A DNA stretch of 64,000 nt. It comes from Tubiluchus corallicola (taxonomy: Eukaryota > Animalia > Priapulida). The DNA lies in contig JAQGDQ010000073.1 in NCBI GenBank assembly GCA_030141605.1, positions 248,001 through 312,000 of the forward strand, read 5' to 3'. A model generated the notes under the pieces. That model did no database searches, was not told where the DNA came from, and saw only the letters and a list, made by a program, of their open reading frames with translations. Position numbers and translations under genes: made by a program. Positions within the stretch are counted from its first letter, which is position 1, and each line of letters begins with the position of its first letter. Shown piece by piece: positions 1 through 13,925 of this stretch.

Positions 1-488
1 GTTGTTTAATGTTGTAGTGTGGCAGGAGCTGATGGTGAGCTAAAGTACCACACAAAGGGAGTTTAGAGGCTGCTTAATCATTTAAGTAAATGTAGTTTTT
101 TCACACATTTCTGTGCATATCACATTACACTGAAGAGACTTAATTTCTTGCTAAGCGTTACTACTAATGTATTGTAGCCAGATGTGTCAAATTATGCTTG
201 CCATAGAAAATGTATAAGGCAGAACCCAAAAATCAAATGTTTTATGAGTTTTATGCCACTATGTTGTTTAATTTTCATCAAAGGTCAAATTAACTGTTCA
301 TTGTAATGTTATTGCTGTTACTAGCTGCACAATTTGCTTGAATTTGCAGGTACAATGGCTTTTGTAGCCGTTTTAACACAAATTGCATTTGAAACTTGTT
401 GATTTTCTTGGTAATGGTATTAGTGAAGTTAGCCTAAGCTGTTGTTACATTTTTGTCAATTGTTTTACTTCTGTTTGAGATTAGTTAC

Positions 489-1427
489 CTTACCTTAGAC
501 CTTAGTCCTTCCTACGCATTGATGCACATTGGGCAGACAGCATTTTCCACTGAGTTCTATCGGCGGCTTCGTTCTCTACGTTTTCCCAACGTCTGTTGAC
601 AGCTCGAAGGTCTTCTTTGAAGGATCTGCGCCACGTTGTTTTTGGCCGACCTCTTTTTCGTTTCCCACCAGGTGGTTCCCACTGTACTGCTGTTTTGGCG
701 TAGCGACTTTCTGATAGATGGAGAATATGTCCAGCCAGTTTCATTCTTCTCTCTGTAACTATATCTTGTAACCGCAATGACTGCGCTCGTTGAAGAACTT
801 CTACATTGGTGACATGGTCGCGGTAGGAGATTTTTAGTATCTTTCGAAGGCATTTTTGGTGGAAGACGTTCAGTTTCTTTGATAACTCCGCTGTGACTTT
901 CCAGGTTTCGCTGGCATAGAGAGCCGTTGGCAGCACAATGGCGTTGTACAGACGAAGTTTGATTTTCATGTCAATTTTCTTGCTTGTCCAGATTTTTCCC
1001 ATCTTCCTAAATACTGCTGTTGCTTTGCCGATTCTCCCCCTGATGTCATTTTCTGTACCTCCATTACAGGTCATCACACTGCCCAGATATGAAAAACTGG
1101 TAACGTTCTTAACCATTTGGCCTCCCACTGTTATATGTACATCATTCTGTTGGTTTGACCACACTTTCAAAACTTTGGTCTTTTCTTGACTAATTCTCAA
1201 TCCAATTTTTCCCGCTACTTCTTCCATACTTGTGGTCAGTTGTTGCAGGCTTTCTTTTGATGTTTCCAGAAGAGCTATATCGTCGGCAAAGTCCAGATCT
1301 GCCAATCGTTCTTGTTGTTTCCATTGCATTCCTAGATCTTTACCATCAACCGCCTTGTTCATGATGAAATCAATCGTCAGTAGGAACAGGAATGGCGACA
1401 TAATGCAACCCTGCTTAACTCCAGTTT
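489..1427 (-). mobile_element. 5'-truncated RTE-type non-LTR retrotransposon, copy 1
   Basis: RT motifs GVKQGCIMSP, LDFADDIALL, FSYLGS and the RTE-type C-terminus GKRKRGRPKTTW. TAAGG-repeat tail directly after the stop. Direct repeat tttgagattagttac at 474-488 and 1426-1440 (target-site duplication, TSD). Confidence 0.95.
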
Positions 1428-2030
1428 TGAGATTAGTTACAGTGTTCTTTTTCCCAACACGTAAATGCAAAGAAAGCGGCTGATTAATGCAACTTAATGC
1501 AGGAGTTTTATTAGATTTTTTAGGATTTATCTTAAGTACCACTAAAAGAAATCAGCGTAAAATAATGTGAATTGATCTGATAGCTAGCTGTGTACCAGTA
1601 GGATCAATATTTACCTATTAGTGTTTATTTATGTTAGCAGTAGCTGTTTATACAAGCCAAGCAAGCAAAACGAAACATTTGTTATTAAGTGGAAAACGGG
1701 TAGCAAAAGTTCAACTAATTTATCCTTGAATTAATAATTGTTAAGTAAGACTTACTATATCGCTTTTGGCTATTTAGAAATTATTTTGAATTAATTTAGT
1801 ATGTTTATTGCATTCAGTTCTGATGAGTTTAATGGCTAATGGCTTCACTTCAAAGGGAAACAAAAAAATTGCCTTTCAAATCGTTGTAGGCTGAGACAAA
1901 AGTTTTTCGATGTCTTTTCACTTACTCCTGTGTTAGCTTCTCATTCAGAATTGGGAAGACACAGGCTGGTTGAATAAATGTTGGAGTTATTTATTCTAAG
2001 TTACCATGTTATGTACTCACTGTTTTTTAG

Positions 2031-3748
2031 GCTTGATGAACTTTGCAATGAAATCGATGAACATCAAGTCGTGCTAAAAGCCGACACCCATTCTCTGCGG
2101 GACGCAATTCGCGGGTTCGGATCCATAGAGAGCCTCACAACCGGAGCGAAGTTTAATCACGACATGGTATTTGCAAATCCCGAGCTGAAATCTTGCTGCC
2201 TTCCCTCAAGATTTGAAGATTATGGAGATGGAGAACAGCAGTTATTGCACAAGCCCGTGTCTGATCCTTGCAATGTATGTTTACTATGACAAAGGCAAAG
2301 ATAACATAAAAATAGATTAAACTACTAGAAGTGATAACTTATCCCATTATTGGAATAAGTGGATTTTCTAAAGTTCTTATTGCAGTAACACCACACAATC
2401 ATATCACATATTATATGTAAAAAGGTATGTTAGCCCGTTTTTTATAACGACGTGTATGTGCATGTGTGCGTGCCTATTATCGTCTTTTCCTGTCACTTTC
2501 CATCATACTTCCTTTTGCTGCAATTTAATTATTGTTTCTTATGTTTCATATATCAGGGGGCTTAAGTTAATCATTAGTCCACTGCAGTACAAATTATTGC
2601 TTTTATAACGCATTTTTTCTTCTGTTTTGCAGTGATTATACTAATGTGCTGCCTGAACTAATAATAATAAACTTCAAACTAAACTTTAAGTGTGAAACTT
2701 GGTAACTACTAAATCTAAAGATTCATTTCTTTGCAAAGAAGAATCGAGTTAAAAAATTTGGCGGAACTTGAGATTCAAACTTGTTTCTTCAGACTAAGTG
2801 ATCATTAAACTAATGCAAATTCATCACACAGAGGTGGTGTCATTCCAAGATAACGATTTTTTGTGTCTGACTGCAAGGTGGAATTCAGCTCTCCAGGGTA
2901 GAGCCTATTCAACAAGATGTTTGTGGCATCTGAGCCTGGCTTATCAATCAGTCTGCTGTGTCAAATGGCAGAAGTGTCTCGGTCCACATTTGCATCAATA
3001 TATATCCTCTATGAAGTTTACAAATGATACCGCCTAAAGCAAGTATTGAACCAACAGTGCTGCATGCACTCGTGTAAGACACTCGCACTCATCCACGTGT
3101 TTGCTTTCAGATTAAGATATCGTTTCCGAAATTGTCTGCGCGTAAAGAGGACTGGCTGCTGCCGTCAACTGTTAGTAACAATATTCCTATGGATGAGTCA
3201 CCCATGCATCATCAGTCTTTGTGTGAGTATTTTCATTCCTAAACACTAAGAACACATCACATATTGAGCACAGATTTCACAGTAAATAAACCACAAAAGG
3301 AAAGACATGAAAAGTATTAGTCACAGCAACACAGTAGCGAAAAGTACAAAATGTCACAAAAGCATTGGGGTAGAGGTGCAAGAATATATATAAATCATGC
3401 GACTGCAGATATTGCAATTAGAAATTTCATTGTTGTGCCAGATTAACTTGCTGGTCATTGAGAAATTTCACTTTTATAAAATATTCTTTAATTTTATTAC
3501 AATGAACATTTGCACGTACAAACAGCCAGGGCATCTATTGAGAGGGATTCTTAAGCTTTGTAATCACATTTTTATGTTAAGATCTTTTTTGTGTTTTGGG
3601 CGTTTTGAGTAAATTTATTAATTGTTTTATGTTGTTTTGTACAGTAAAATGAGTAAATAAAGCATTTCTCACAGGACATTTATAGATTTTCCTGAAATAG
3701 ATTAATTACTTGAATACTTGAACAAAAAAGGCCAATGGCTAATGAGGC

Positions 3749-3780
<32 letters not shown>

Positions 3781-6700
3781 TTAAGTGATTTATTTATATC
3801 TTTATATAATATTTGTATATTTTAAGTGGATTAACATACACTAATATTACTGATCAAAGTATTTCCATTGTAAAAGTGGAATTTATAAAATCAGTTTACA
3901 AAGTCCCTGTTGTATTTTGCTCTCGGACAAAGAAAGAAATCAAAAATGATACCTCATATTTCAGCTGGTAGGATGTCACCTGCTAGCCTGCTCAGCGAGG
4001 ACTCCGGTCTTAGCATTCAGCAATGGCTTCGTCAAATTAAACGTGAACCCGAACCTGAACCCATGGATGACATCGAGATGATGTCAACTATTGGCAGAGA
4101 ACTGACCATGCCACACCGCAAAGAAAGACAGTATACAGAGACTACGGATGATTTTGAGGTTATCCCCTTTAGCAGTTCTGAGACAAGCTGTTCTGTTGCT
4201 TCATCCTGTGCACCAACTTACTTCAAGGTATTATTCATCATGATAAATAGTATTTCTTTATATCACGCAATAGCATACAAAATATTTTGTTATTTGTTGT
4301 AAAGTGTCATTACTGGATGCATGGAAGTGTTTTCTATTATTTGCATTATTTTAAGTATTATTACCATGCCATTGTTATGGTACAGTAGGCGCCGCTTAAT
4401 AGAGTACATCAAGTACTTCACAATAGCAAGCAGGAGCTTAGGCGAAACTACAGACGAAGCTACTTGCGGGGAAACATAAGCACCACCAACAGTTTAAGCA
4501 CTTACACTGTAGTTTGGAAAAGTGTAGAAAAGTATACTTTTTAATTTATTGGTAATTCACTTATATAAATTAATATCTTGAAATATTTTTTTTTCTAATT
4601 TTTAACTGCACAAAGGAATTTAGGCATTACTTCTTTCCTAAAATTGATTAAAAACTTTTGTAATACATATTGAGCTGGTGACTCATACTTCTGTACCATT
4701 AATACTATACCCAACGGTTGATAGGTTCAGTCGGTTAATTGGATCAAAACACTTCGGTCCCAAAGTGAGTCTATTAAGCGGCGCCTACTGCATTACGAAA
4801 AAGTTCAGTTTCCAAATTTCACAGTTTCAGTCGTGTAATTAAATATTCAACGGTGACATTCTGATTGCATATCTGGATGGCAGTAATCGCTTATAACTAT
4901 AACCATTTGAAACAGGATATTGAATTTTTACTTGATTTTAGAACCCAAGCCCTTTTAGAACTACAGTGCCGTTATTTCAAACGAGTGCTTATTCAAAGAG
5001 TGGCGCTTGTTAGTTTTTGACTTATGTTGTTGTAGCACTGTATCAATCACTATGATACATTAAAACATTTTTTCAAGATGCATAATGCCTGAGTGTAATC
5101 TGTGCATGGGGCACTCCTCACAGCCATGCAAGTGAGTGAAGCACACTAGGTGGCCAAAAGTAGGAAGGATGTAGTAGATTTTGCATAATGTGCTGAAACA
5201 TTGTCAATACCCCTTGTCAGTACAATGCTTGCTCTCCCATCTGTCTGTCAGCTGAAAATTTTTTTATGCTACATTTCTTTATAGGTTGATATATTATGGC
5301 ATCTAATGAACACCTGTTATCTCTATTCATTAACCGTGTTTAATAAAGATGTATTTTTGCGTGTTAATCTGATTGCAGAAACCAATAAAGTGATTCCAGA
5401 ATGAGTAACAGTAAAATTTCACAGGTGTGCTGATACTGACACGTAACATTTTTCCACACATCGACTTACACCCGGATGGCTGGCGCTTATTATTTTTTCA
5501 TTCTGTTTTCTTGGGTGCTTTTCGCGCAGGTTTTCAAGCACAAGCCCTAAAACAAGTAAATGTGGCAGTTTGACAAAAAATGTGTGGGCAGCTTTGCAAG
5601 TTGCTGAGCAGTCACAAAAGCTTGCTTTCTTAAAAGGATTACCTTTGTAGAAATGTGGTTTTTATTTTGTTTTAACGTGTAATGCAATGTAACGTCTTGG
5701 TTAACACCAGAGCACACAATTACAGTCACTGATGAGGTAGGCAAAGCCAGATAAAATGCGCAGCATAAATCCTTACCTAATCAAATATTTACAACCTACA
5801 TTGGCAGCTTTGATGGGACATTCGTCAGCCATGAACTCTAAGCTGTACATACCAGTTGAATATTTTTAGTTACTTCTTCTATGACCATTTGCACTTACAA
5901 ATTAGGATGTTTGTAAGTTACAGAAACATATTTATAAATAATCATAATAGTATATTTACCTTATACACTGTAAGGATTTGATCTTGCTCAATTACCTATA
6001 CTTAAAATTCGTCCGAAATTCATTAATTTTTATGTTTTACTATCAATTTAATTCATATTCTTTTTTTACAGGTTTACTTATCAAAAGACTTGCACATCTT
6101 TGCCAAAAACAATGTATAATTGCATGTACTTGAATATTAGTGTAAATTAATGCCAATCAAAAGGCATTAATTTATAATCATTTTGCAGGAAGTGTTGTCT
6201 TCTCCAATCAGCAAATGGTTGGTTCAGGCTCATAACCTGAATCCCACGGTATCATTTCAGCGGCTGCAGTATTTTCAGAAAGCTGGTGAGAACTGGGAAC
6301 GATGGCTGCCCAAAAATCAAGTAAGTTATCAGCACTTCAGTAAACCTACCTTTCTAACTTTGTTCAATGTGAGTAGTTTATGGTGTCATTTTACAGTAGC
6401 CGAGATGTCAGTAGCCAAAAGCTGAACAATGCCAAACCTGGTCAGCAAATGGATGGGTGATTGTTGGGAAAAATTCTAATAAAATATAATTGGTGTGGGG
6501 GCAGTTGTGCCATTGTTAAGGTCGGTGTAATAGTTCTCGTATTATTAGAAGATTTAAAATGCTGAAAGCTGTTATTTCTATTGAGCTCCTTTCAAACTTT
6601 TTTCTAGGTTATCAAGGAAGATGATGAAACATGCGAGCGCAATGTCATTGGTGGAATTTCGGATAGAACAAATGAAAACAAGTTTCCTTATTTTCAGCAG

Positions 6701-7974
6701 ATAATCTCTGGAGACGTTAACATGTGGCTTCATCATTCAAATGTAAGGAAAAATACTTTTCAAAATTTATCTGTAAAGAATGCGATCGCCACAGTAAAGG
6801 CTGAGGAAAGACTTATGTCCCAATGCCCCTATTAGCGCATTAGGATAAACAGCTGCGGCATCTAATGTATGAGTCCTTAGTACACAAGGAGGTGATGTGG
6901 CTAAGCGAGGTTGCAACCCAAGACCTCTAAGTTAGCAACCCAGAGCTGGTAACTGCTCGACTGCCTCAGCTTCATGTTTTCCATAAATACCTCCATAAAG
7001 GCATAGTAATTGCAAAATTAGCACAATATGGGCATAAAAACATTTTTTTTAAAAACAGTGAAATGACAGGCAAGAGACGTTCTTGTATTTGGTAGTTCAA
7101 CAAAGTTACTTGTGCAAGTCTATCTAGCATATTTTAAAAGAAAACATCTAACATTAAATTCGTCATAATTGAGCACTAACTGTAGATTGTTATTATTCAA
7201 CACAGATTGTAGTTGGTGAATTCTCACAGACATCATAACTTAACAGCATTTTTTGCTTGATGTATTAGTATGTAGTAATTGCTGCTTATTTTCTTAATAA
7301 TGCACTACCACTTTCATGTGTTTTAGATGGAAACTGACACTATCACTAATTCGCTTGGCAGTCGTGTGCCAATGCCTATGTCGGATGACATGGATAGGTT
7401 TGCACCACCATCTACAGGACAAGAAGAGAAGCAACTGACGGCATTTTTGGAAAAGCTTTCCCTGTGTGGGAATGATGCAAGCAAGTTTCATTCGGCTTTT
7501 GTGGAAATTGCCAATTCACCTCTTTCTGATTGGCTGCATGCTAAGTCCATGCAGGTGGGTAAGTTAGCCACTACTTCTGATGGTTCTGACACTTTCATGT
7601 TAGTTGAGAATGGCGACTGCAAAAGAGATGCAAAAATGGTGCTTACGCTTCTACACATGCGTAATATTTTAGAATCTAAAGCGTCTGATTGGTTGTTGGG
7701 CGAAGATGAAGATAGAAATATGCCTACTGATACCTGTCAAGTTCTGCCATCGGAATGCGATGCTGCTGAAGCTGGGTTACCTTTGCATAAGATGACATCT
7801 AGTACTCAGTCGGAAGATAGTGGTGTCATTGATGCTTGGTCAACCATCTCTAAGTCATCTGCCGATATCTGGCTTCCTAAATATAGCGTCGACACCAGTG
7901 TGGGAGTGAGCCCTTTTAAGCTCCCTTTTAAGGTTAATGACTGGTACAGAAGCAAAACCATAGCTGAATACTAA
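2031..7974 (+). CDS. NCOA4: NCOA4/ARA70-like ferritinophagy receptor, 3' exons (5' exons lie upstream of the window or were not identified)
   Basis: Frame-consistent GT-AG exons 2031-2274, 3111-3222, 3965-4227, 6189-6320, 6608-6742, 7327-7974 (TAA). VLKADTHSLRDAIRGFGSI resembles the end of the ARA70 domain (human LLFEADTITLRQTITTFGSL). AFVEIANSPLSDWLH resembles the human ferritin-binding peptide SFQVIKNSPLSEWLI. Confidence 0.8.
3754..3780. repeat. (TA)n microsatellite
   Basis: Direct reading of the sequence. Confidence 0.95.
4383..4790. mobile_element. MITE, Tc1/mariner-pogo-like
   Basis: Perfect 21-bp terminal inverted repeat (TIR) cagtaggcgccgcttaataga at 4383-4403 and 4770-4790. TA on the left flank, CA on the right. 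No coding capacity. Confidence 0.85.
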
Positions 7975-9129
7975 AGCAGAAGCAAACCTGTCATTATGTA
8001 CAACTGGCGCATGTATTTTGAATTTTGCTTTGTTAGCAGTAAGCAAATGTTTTTTTTACTAATTTTGATGTCAAAATGACATCTTTGGCTGAACTAATTA
8101 TTTAGCTAGGGATTAATACCTACAGATATTAAAAGGCTTAAAAAGGATAAAAGTGTTGCAAGGTTTTTGTGAAATGTAAATAGTTGATAGAATTTTAAAA
8201 TTGACTGTTTCATTCGTTATCATGACAAATCATAATTTTGTGCAGGTTCAGTTATTAAAATAATTTTACTATAGTATTTTTTACACTGTATATTATATTG
8301 ATATTCAAAACGCGTTTAATATGCTTTCAACTTTAATGGCCTGCTTGATCGAGAGTGTACTGTTTTTAGCAAAAGAATTGTGCTAATTAAATGCAGTATT
8401 ACAATTGAAAACAGAAAATGTAGTAGATGAAATTACTTTTGACAGCGTGCCAGAAATGGTCAAAATAGCTAATATAATAGATATAAACCAATCAAATACG
8501 TTTTTGATGCACTTTTAACCGCGTAAGTGTTAATTTCTAGCTATCACATTGTTCTGCGAAGTTTGGTGGACAAGTGACCACATCAATTTGGTGAATCTTG
8601 TTGGTGTTAATAGAATAGAAGTTAACGAGTTTGTTGGTCTCTTTAATTAACAGTATGTTTTATAATCTAACAATAAGTTTGAACTGCAAACTAGCAAGTG
8701 GGTTGGCACCAAGCTGCAGGAAAAATTTTAATTATACCTGGAAGACCTGCTTTTGGGGTTATTTGTTTAAAATTTGGCCATGAACAGAGATTCGTGCCAT
8801 AATTATAGTCATAATATATAGTCAATCATTTATGCTGCATTTTGTAATGGCTGTGTTTAAAGTTTCTACGTGGCTGGGTAATTTAACATACCATAGATAT
8901 ATGCTGGCCATAGACAGGGATCTATGCTAGACTGTGATAATGCATGCAAAGTTTATTAGTGAAGTGCAGCTACCGCTTTACCATAGTTGTTGTAATGCAA
9001 ATATTTTATTGAATTTCATAATAAATATTAACGCAATGCAAAATTGCTTCTGTCTTATCCATTTTAAAAACACATTTTTGAATGGAGTCTTGAGAGTGCT
9101 GATTATAAAACCCCACTGCTCTTGCCATT

Positions 9130-9646
9130 CACTCTTAGGAACAGCAACTACCAAAGAAAAAAGTTAAGGAATGAGTCACTGACGTCATGATACGGTATGA
9201 TAGTGATACTTCACATAGATACGTTTTATTTCGACTTTAAAAATTTCAAATAACTGACTGAAATGCAAGTGACAATGGCATTATTATCTATTAGACATGT
9301 ACGTGTGGGAAAATATTGCAGTACAGGCGAAGTGAATGGTGCTCCACACATATATTCACAGTAATTTAAAAACTTTATATGCAAATAAGGTTAAAATGGT
9401 TTAAATTTACAGATAATTCACGAAAAATTTTGACAACAGAATCTAATTGATCATAAAATAACTCTTCAGTCATCACTTATTTGGCATCTATTTATCGAGT
9501 TTAACTTTTATTATACTCAAGGATGATTGTAGAGTTTTATTTCATCCGAAGATCATCTCATAAATGATATTTTGCTATATCACGACATCAAGGGCTTATT
9601 CACTGAGGTATTTTTCTTTGTTAGTCCTTGTTTCTAACAGAGTGGA
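9130..9646. mobile_element. Old MITE-like inverted-repeat element
   Basis: Degenerate ~65-bp inverted arms at 9130-9192 and 9578-9646 (for example actaccaaagaaaaaa / ttttttctttgttagt and tgacgtcatgata / tatcacgacatca). Confidence 0.55.
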
Positions 9647-10580
9647 TAAGTGAAAGTCAACAGTTACAGAAGCAGAGTGTGAAAATCAGCTAATCGGTAA
9701 TCATAGAATATTGGGATACAGAAATGCAAACATGTAATTTTGAGTCTTTAAGCGATTTAATGAAATACTGACTCATATCAACCAAAAACTACTGCACTAA
9801 CAAAAAGTGTCCAAAGCGTCGGGTTATTTGAAGAGCGTTAATCTAAGTGGTTCTTGGCAGGAAGTCAGGCATCTGGGTCCAATGAATCATAACTAAAACT
9901 GGCAATGTTGGACCAGGATTGGAGTTGTCCAAAAAGCAGCCAATTTGTCCACAATCAATAATCGATAATTAATAATATAAGCAGCTAAAAATTTCAAGAG
10001 ACAGTGACAGTAAATTTAAAATCTCACAGCAATTTCAAGTGGCAGCTGTTAAATTACAAAGCTTGTACCATTTTAAGATAGACATTGACATATTTAATAA
10101 ATCGATTATTTGTTAAGTTATCACATCTCTGTTTACATTTGTATTTAACAAGAAAATAGTTTCTACCGCCAAGTATTACAGTTTAATTCTAAATACCATT
10201 TGACAGAGAAGCAAACAGTCAGCTGGTAGAAAAGAATGAAAAGTAATTTTTAATCAGGATTGAACTGCAAAAATACTCAAATGCTTTAAGTTAAATTGGT
10301 TTGGTCAAAAATGGCTTTGGACAATTTTATCTGCCCAATTGTACTAGCTGCTTCTCTCATTTAAAAAACATGCATACAGTGCTGTTTCAACATCTTGTCT
10401 GAAAAACGAGCCTGTTCTAGCCTTAAGCCACAACTCTTAGTAGTCACTAACTTTGTTTTAGTTGATTTACACAAAAAAACTGTGCTACCACCAACCAAAC
10501 GATTAAAAAAGTAGAAAAAATTCAAAATGTACAAAAACTGACTCTAAAATAACACCACAGTCTTGCGAGTCGGGTCTGTT

Positions 10581-10586
10581 TTTATT
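10581..10586 (-). promoter_or_regulatory. Candidate NUBP1 polyadenylation signal
   Basis: AATAAA on the minus strand ~300 nt after the stop codon. Confidence 0.5.
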
Positions 10587-10621
10587 GCAAGGGTGACCCA
10601 CTATAGATTTCTTCAAAAATG

Positions 10622-10883
10622 TATATTAAACTGCTGCAGATTATGAGTGATAAATGGAGCTATCTCCAAAGATAACAAAATGGTACACCCAACTATGGTC
10701 TATGACAAAAACAAAAACAACAGTGTTAAATAGGTTTTCCTGAACAATATCATATTAAACTGCTTACGATTAATGAGCGATAAATGGAGCTATCTCCAAG
10801 GATAACAAAATGGCACATCCAACTATGATCTATGACAAAAACAAAAACAACAGTGTTAAATAGGTTTTACTGAACAATATCAT
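10622..10883. repeat. Tandem duplication, ~130-bp unit x2, in the NUBP1 3' UTR
   Basis: gataaatggagctatctcca...ctgaacaatatcat occurs at 10649-10753 and 10779-10883. Confidence 0.92.
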
Positions 10884-10889
10884 CATTTA

Positions 10890-13637
10890 CTATGCACTAG
10901 TACATTTCAATATGTTCTCAATTATAGTCTTATAAGAAACAGCAGCAGGGGCATCTGGACATTCAGACAGAAATGATTTTCCTTCATCAGAGCATCGTCC
11001 TATTCTCGGATCAAGTGGCAGTTTTCCGAGAAACGGTACTTTCATATCAGTAGCCATCTTAACAGCACCTCCAGTAGTTGGAGGAAAGATGTTCGATTCG
11101 TTCTTGCACTTTGGACACACGAAACCGCTCATGTTCTCGATAACGCCGACTATGGGTAGTGACACCTTGTAACAAAAATTTATTTCTTTGCGAACATCCA
11201 ACAATGCCACTTCTTGAGGAGTAGTAACGATTATAGCACCATCAATGTTTGAGGTAGAAAGATATTGAACAATAGAAATGTGCTCATCTGAAGTGCCTAG
11301 AAGACAAAATCTTTTAGTTTAATCACAGTAACATAAAACTATAGCAAGAAAAAAGATGCAAGAAAAGTGCTTATGAATATTTACTTTTTATAAACAATAC
11401 ACTCCAAATCTACAAAATAAACAACCTGGCCAAGAACATGCAAACTACTAGATCATTCCACTAGCCCCTCCACATTTCTCAAAAACCTTATTCCACAACG
11501 TTAGTTGACATGGTCCACCTCTTAAGAATCTGCCCACCTGGATTAATCACAAATAAATGTACCACTGTAAGAATGCAAAGTTAATCTATAAACCTAGAAA
11601 CTTATGGAATAACTGGAGATTTAATTCATTGGATTTCTGCCTTTCTCTCTAATTGGTCAACAGTTTTCTGATTATATTCATGTTATATCTGGAACAAATC
11701 AAGGATCGGTATTAGGTATAATTTTGTTTTTGTTGAAAACAAATTACCCAAGATACTTAGTCCATTCCGTAATCTATTTCCATTCTACATTACTGCAGAG
11801 TTACTTAAGTTAATTCCACAAACTTACCAGGTGGAGTGTCAATAATAAGGTAATCCACTTCACCCCAATCCACATCTCTCAAGAATTGCTTGATCAACCC
11901 GTTCTTTTTAGGGCCTCGCCAAATAACGGCATCATCCGGACTAGATAACAGAAATCCTAGAAAACATTATTTAATTTAAATAAACAGCTTTTATTATTAT
12001 TACACAAATTTGTACCGTGCCATTAATTACAAATAGTATTCTATGGTACCTGACAACAGAATCAGCACAGAGTTAAAATTTAAACAGATCATATTAAAAC
12101 CCAGTGAATTTAAACTAGACACTGTAAAGTATAGACACAACATGAAATTGTACAATGTTTGTAACAAATTAGTTTGAAAAGTTTAAAATGAGCAGACGTG
12201 TCTTGAGTTTTCTCCTGAACACATCAAATTTAGTGCAACAATGCAAATCAAGTGGAAGTTTGTTTTATTCTTTGGGGCCCGCTATGGAAAAAGATCTGTC
12301 TGCAAAAGTTTTACAACGATTAAAGGTACTTCTCGAACGGTACCCCTGTTCAGCTTGAAACGTGTCCGAACTGAGGAAATCCTGCAAAATTTAATAACAG
12401 TTGACAAATAACCTGGAGCCACGTTGTGTAAACATTTGTACATATATAAAAATACATATATTTAAAATTATAAGTGAAAAAACCTCCAGCAATGTAAAAG
12501 AAAGAATAAATGTAAGCTAATGACAGACTGAAGTCATGAAGGGTGGTCTACAAAAAACCTGATGTAAAACGTGAACCATTACTGTAAAATGCGTGAATAC
12601 AGCTAATAAAAATAATTGTGCTTAATGATTACGACATTTTGATCAAATGCAGATTATGCGATCAGAATGGGTCACATGGAGAATTTGGGCCATGAGGTAA
12701 GAAAGTTCCAGAACCAGTGTAAAAATACAAATGCTATAGGGTCAGAGTTTACTCGGTTTACAGAGTTAAAACAGACTACTTTCTTTGATCTTGACATAAA
12801 GAATTTCCATAGATAACATCTAAGTAACAGGTATAGAACAACGACTAACTAAAAAAACTGAATTCTGCTCTAAATAAAAGGCTCACTAAAACTTATCAAC
12901 CGATACTTAATCAGGAAGTGCACAATAAATTAAACTACCAAACAGACTTAATGATCACTGAAAACTATCGTGAATCATTACCATATAATTACTCATTACT
13001 TGAAATCTAGAGCTAGTACTTAGTAACTCACCCACAGACATTACAGCAAGATTTTCCTCCACAAAAACAGGTGACCATCCAGAACCACTATGATGGACAG
13101 TCTCTCCTTCCAAGCCTAACAAACGAGGGATGGATGGTCCACAAATGTCAATGTCCAACAAAGCCACCTGAAGGAGAAATGAAAAGCAGTAAATATACAA
13201 AATACTATAGAGTATAGAACATGTAAATCAAATTTAGCTTGCAAATACTAAAACATTTTCAAGGCATTCCTTTTGATATGACAGGAGATAAAAATACCAA
13301 TGTGAATTAGTACATTAAAAAGATTTTGTAACATACTAACTTGTTTATTTTCATCCTGTGCAATGCCATAGGCAAGCTGAGCTGACACTGTACTTTTCCC
13401 CACACCACCTTTTCCAGACAACACCAAAATCTTATGCTTAACCTTGGTGAGTCTTTCTGCTATTATGTTCAAGTCTGGATCTGGAGCTTTAGGTGCACCA
13501 GAAGCACATATTGACTGGTTAGGGCAACCTTGGCAAGGTGCTGCTTTGCCGGCTGAATTGCTTTTTGTTCCTGGACAATGTTCTGGTGCATCCTTTGGAA
13601 CATCACTTGCATCTTCACTTGGCATGTCAGCCATCAT
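10890..13637 (-). CDS. NUBP1: Cytosolic Fe-S cluster assembly factor NUBP1 (Nbp35)
   Basis: Exons 13637-13341, 13167-13032, 11956-11828, 11296-10890 join in frame. N-terminal CX13CX2CX5C ([24 protein letters not shown], diagnostic versus NUBP2), deviant Walker [52 protein letters not shown]. Confidence 0.97.
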
Positions 13638-13925
13638 GCAATTTTTAGCCCAAATAACAGTTTAATGTGTGAAATGTCCTTGAACAGAGACTTCTTAGGA
13701 ATTATAACAGTACAGTACGACAAACTGGTCTTGATAAAGCAGTCAAATCAGTAAAACACGCGTCAAATCACAATTTTGGCTTAATTATTGTTTTTTCGTT
13801 AAACTCTAGTAAAATTTAAGCACCTCACGGCCAAAACTCTCTTATTTTGCCCCTTTTTTCCACTAGTATTTAAATAAAACTTTCAGTGGCTTTATATTCT
13901 CCAACCATATAGTCTTTGTTGTGAT

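Noticed and set aside
1-360. Possible upstream NCOA4 exon (splice-like signals near 17-35 and 349)
   Set aside because: No frame-compatible ARA70-like peptide could be established.
529-1483. Short ORFs overlapping RTE copy 1, repeated at 28226-29492
   Set aside because: Antisense or alternate-frame shadows of the RT. They recur only because the element is duplicated.
1428-1542. N-terminal extension of the 346-aa RT ORF
   Set aside because: Lies beyond the 5' truncation point and TSD; it is chance read-through into host intron.
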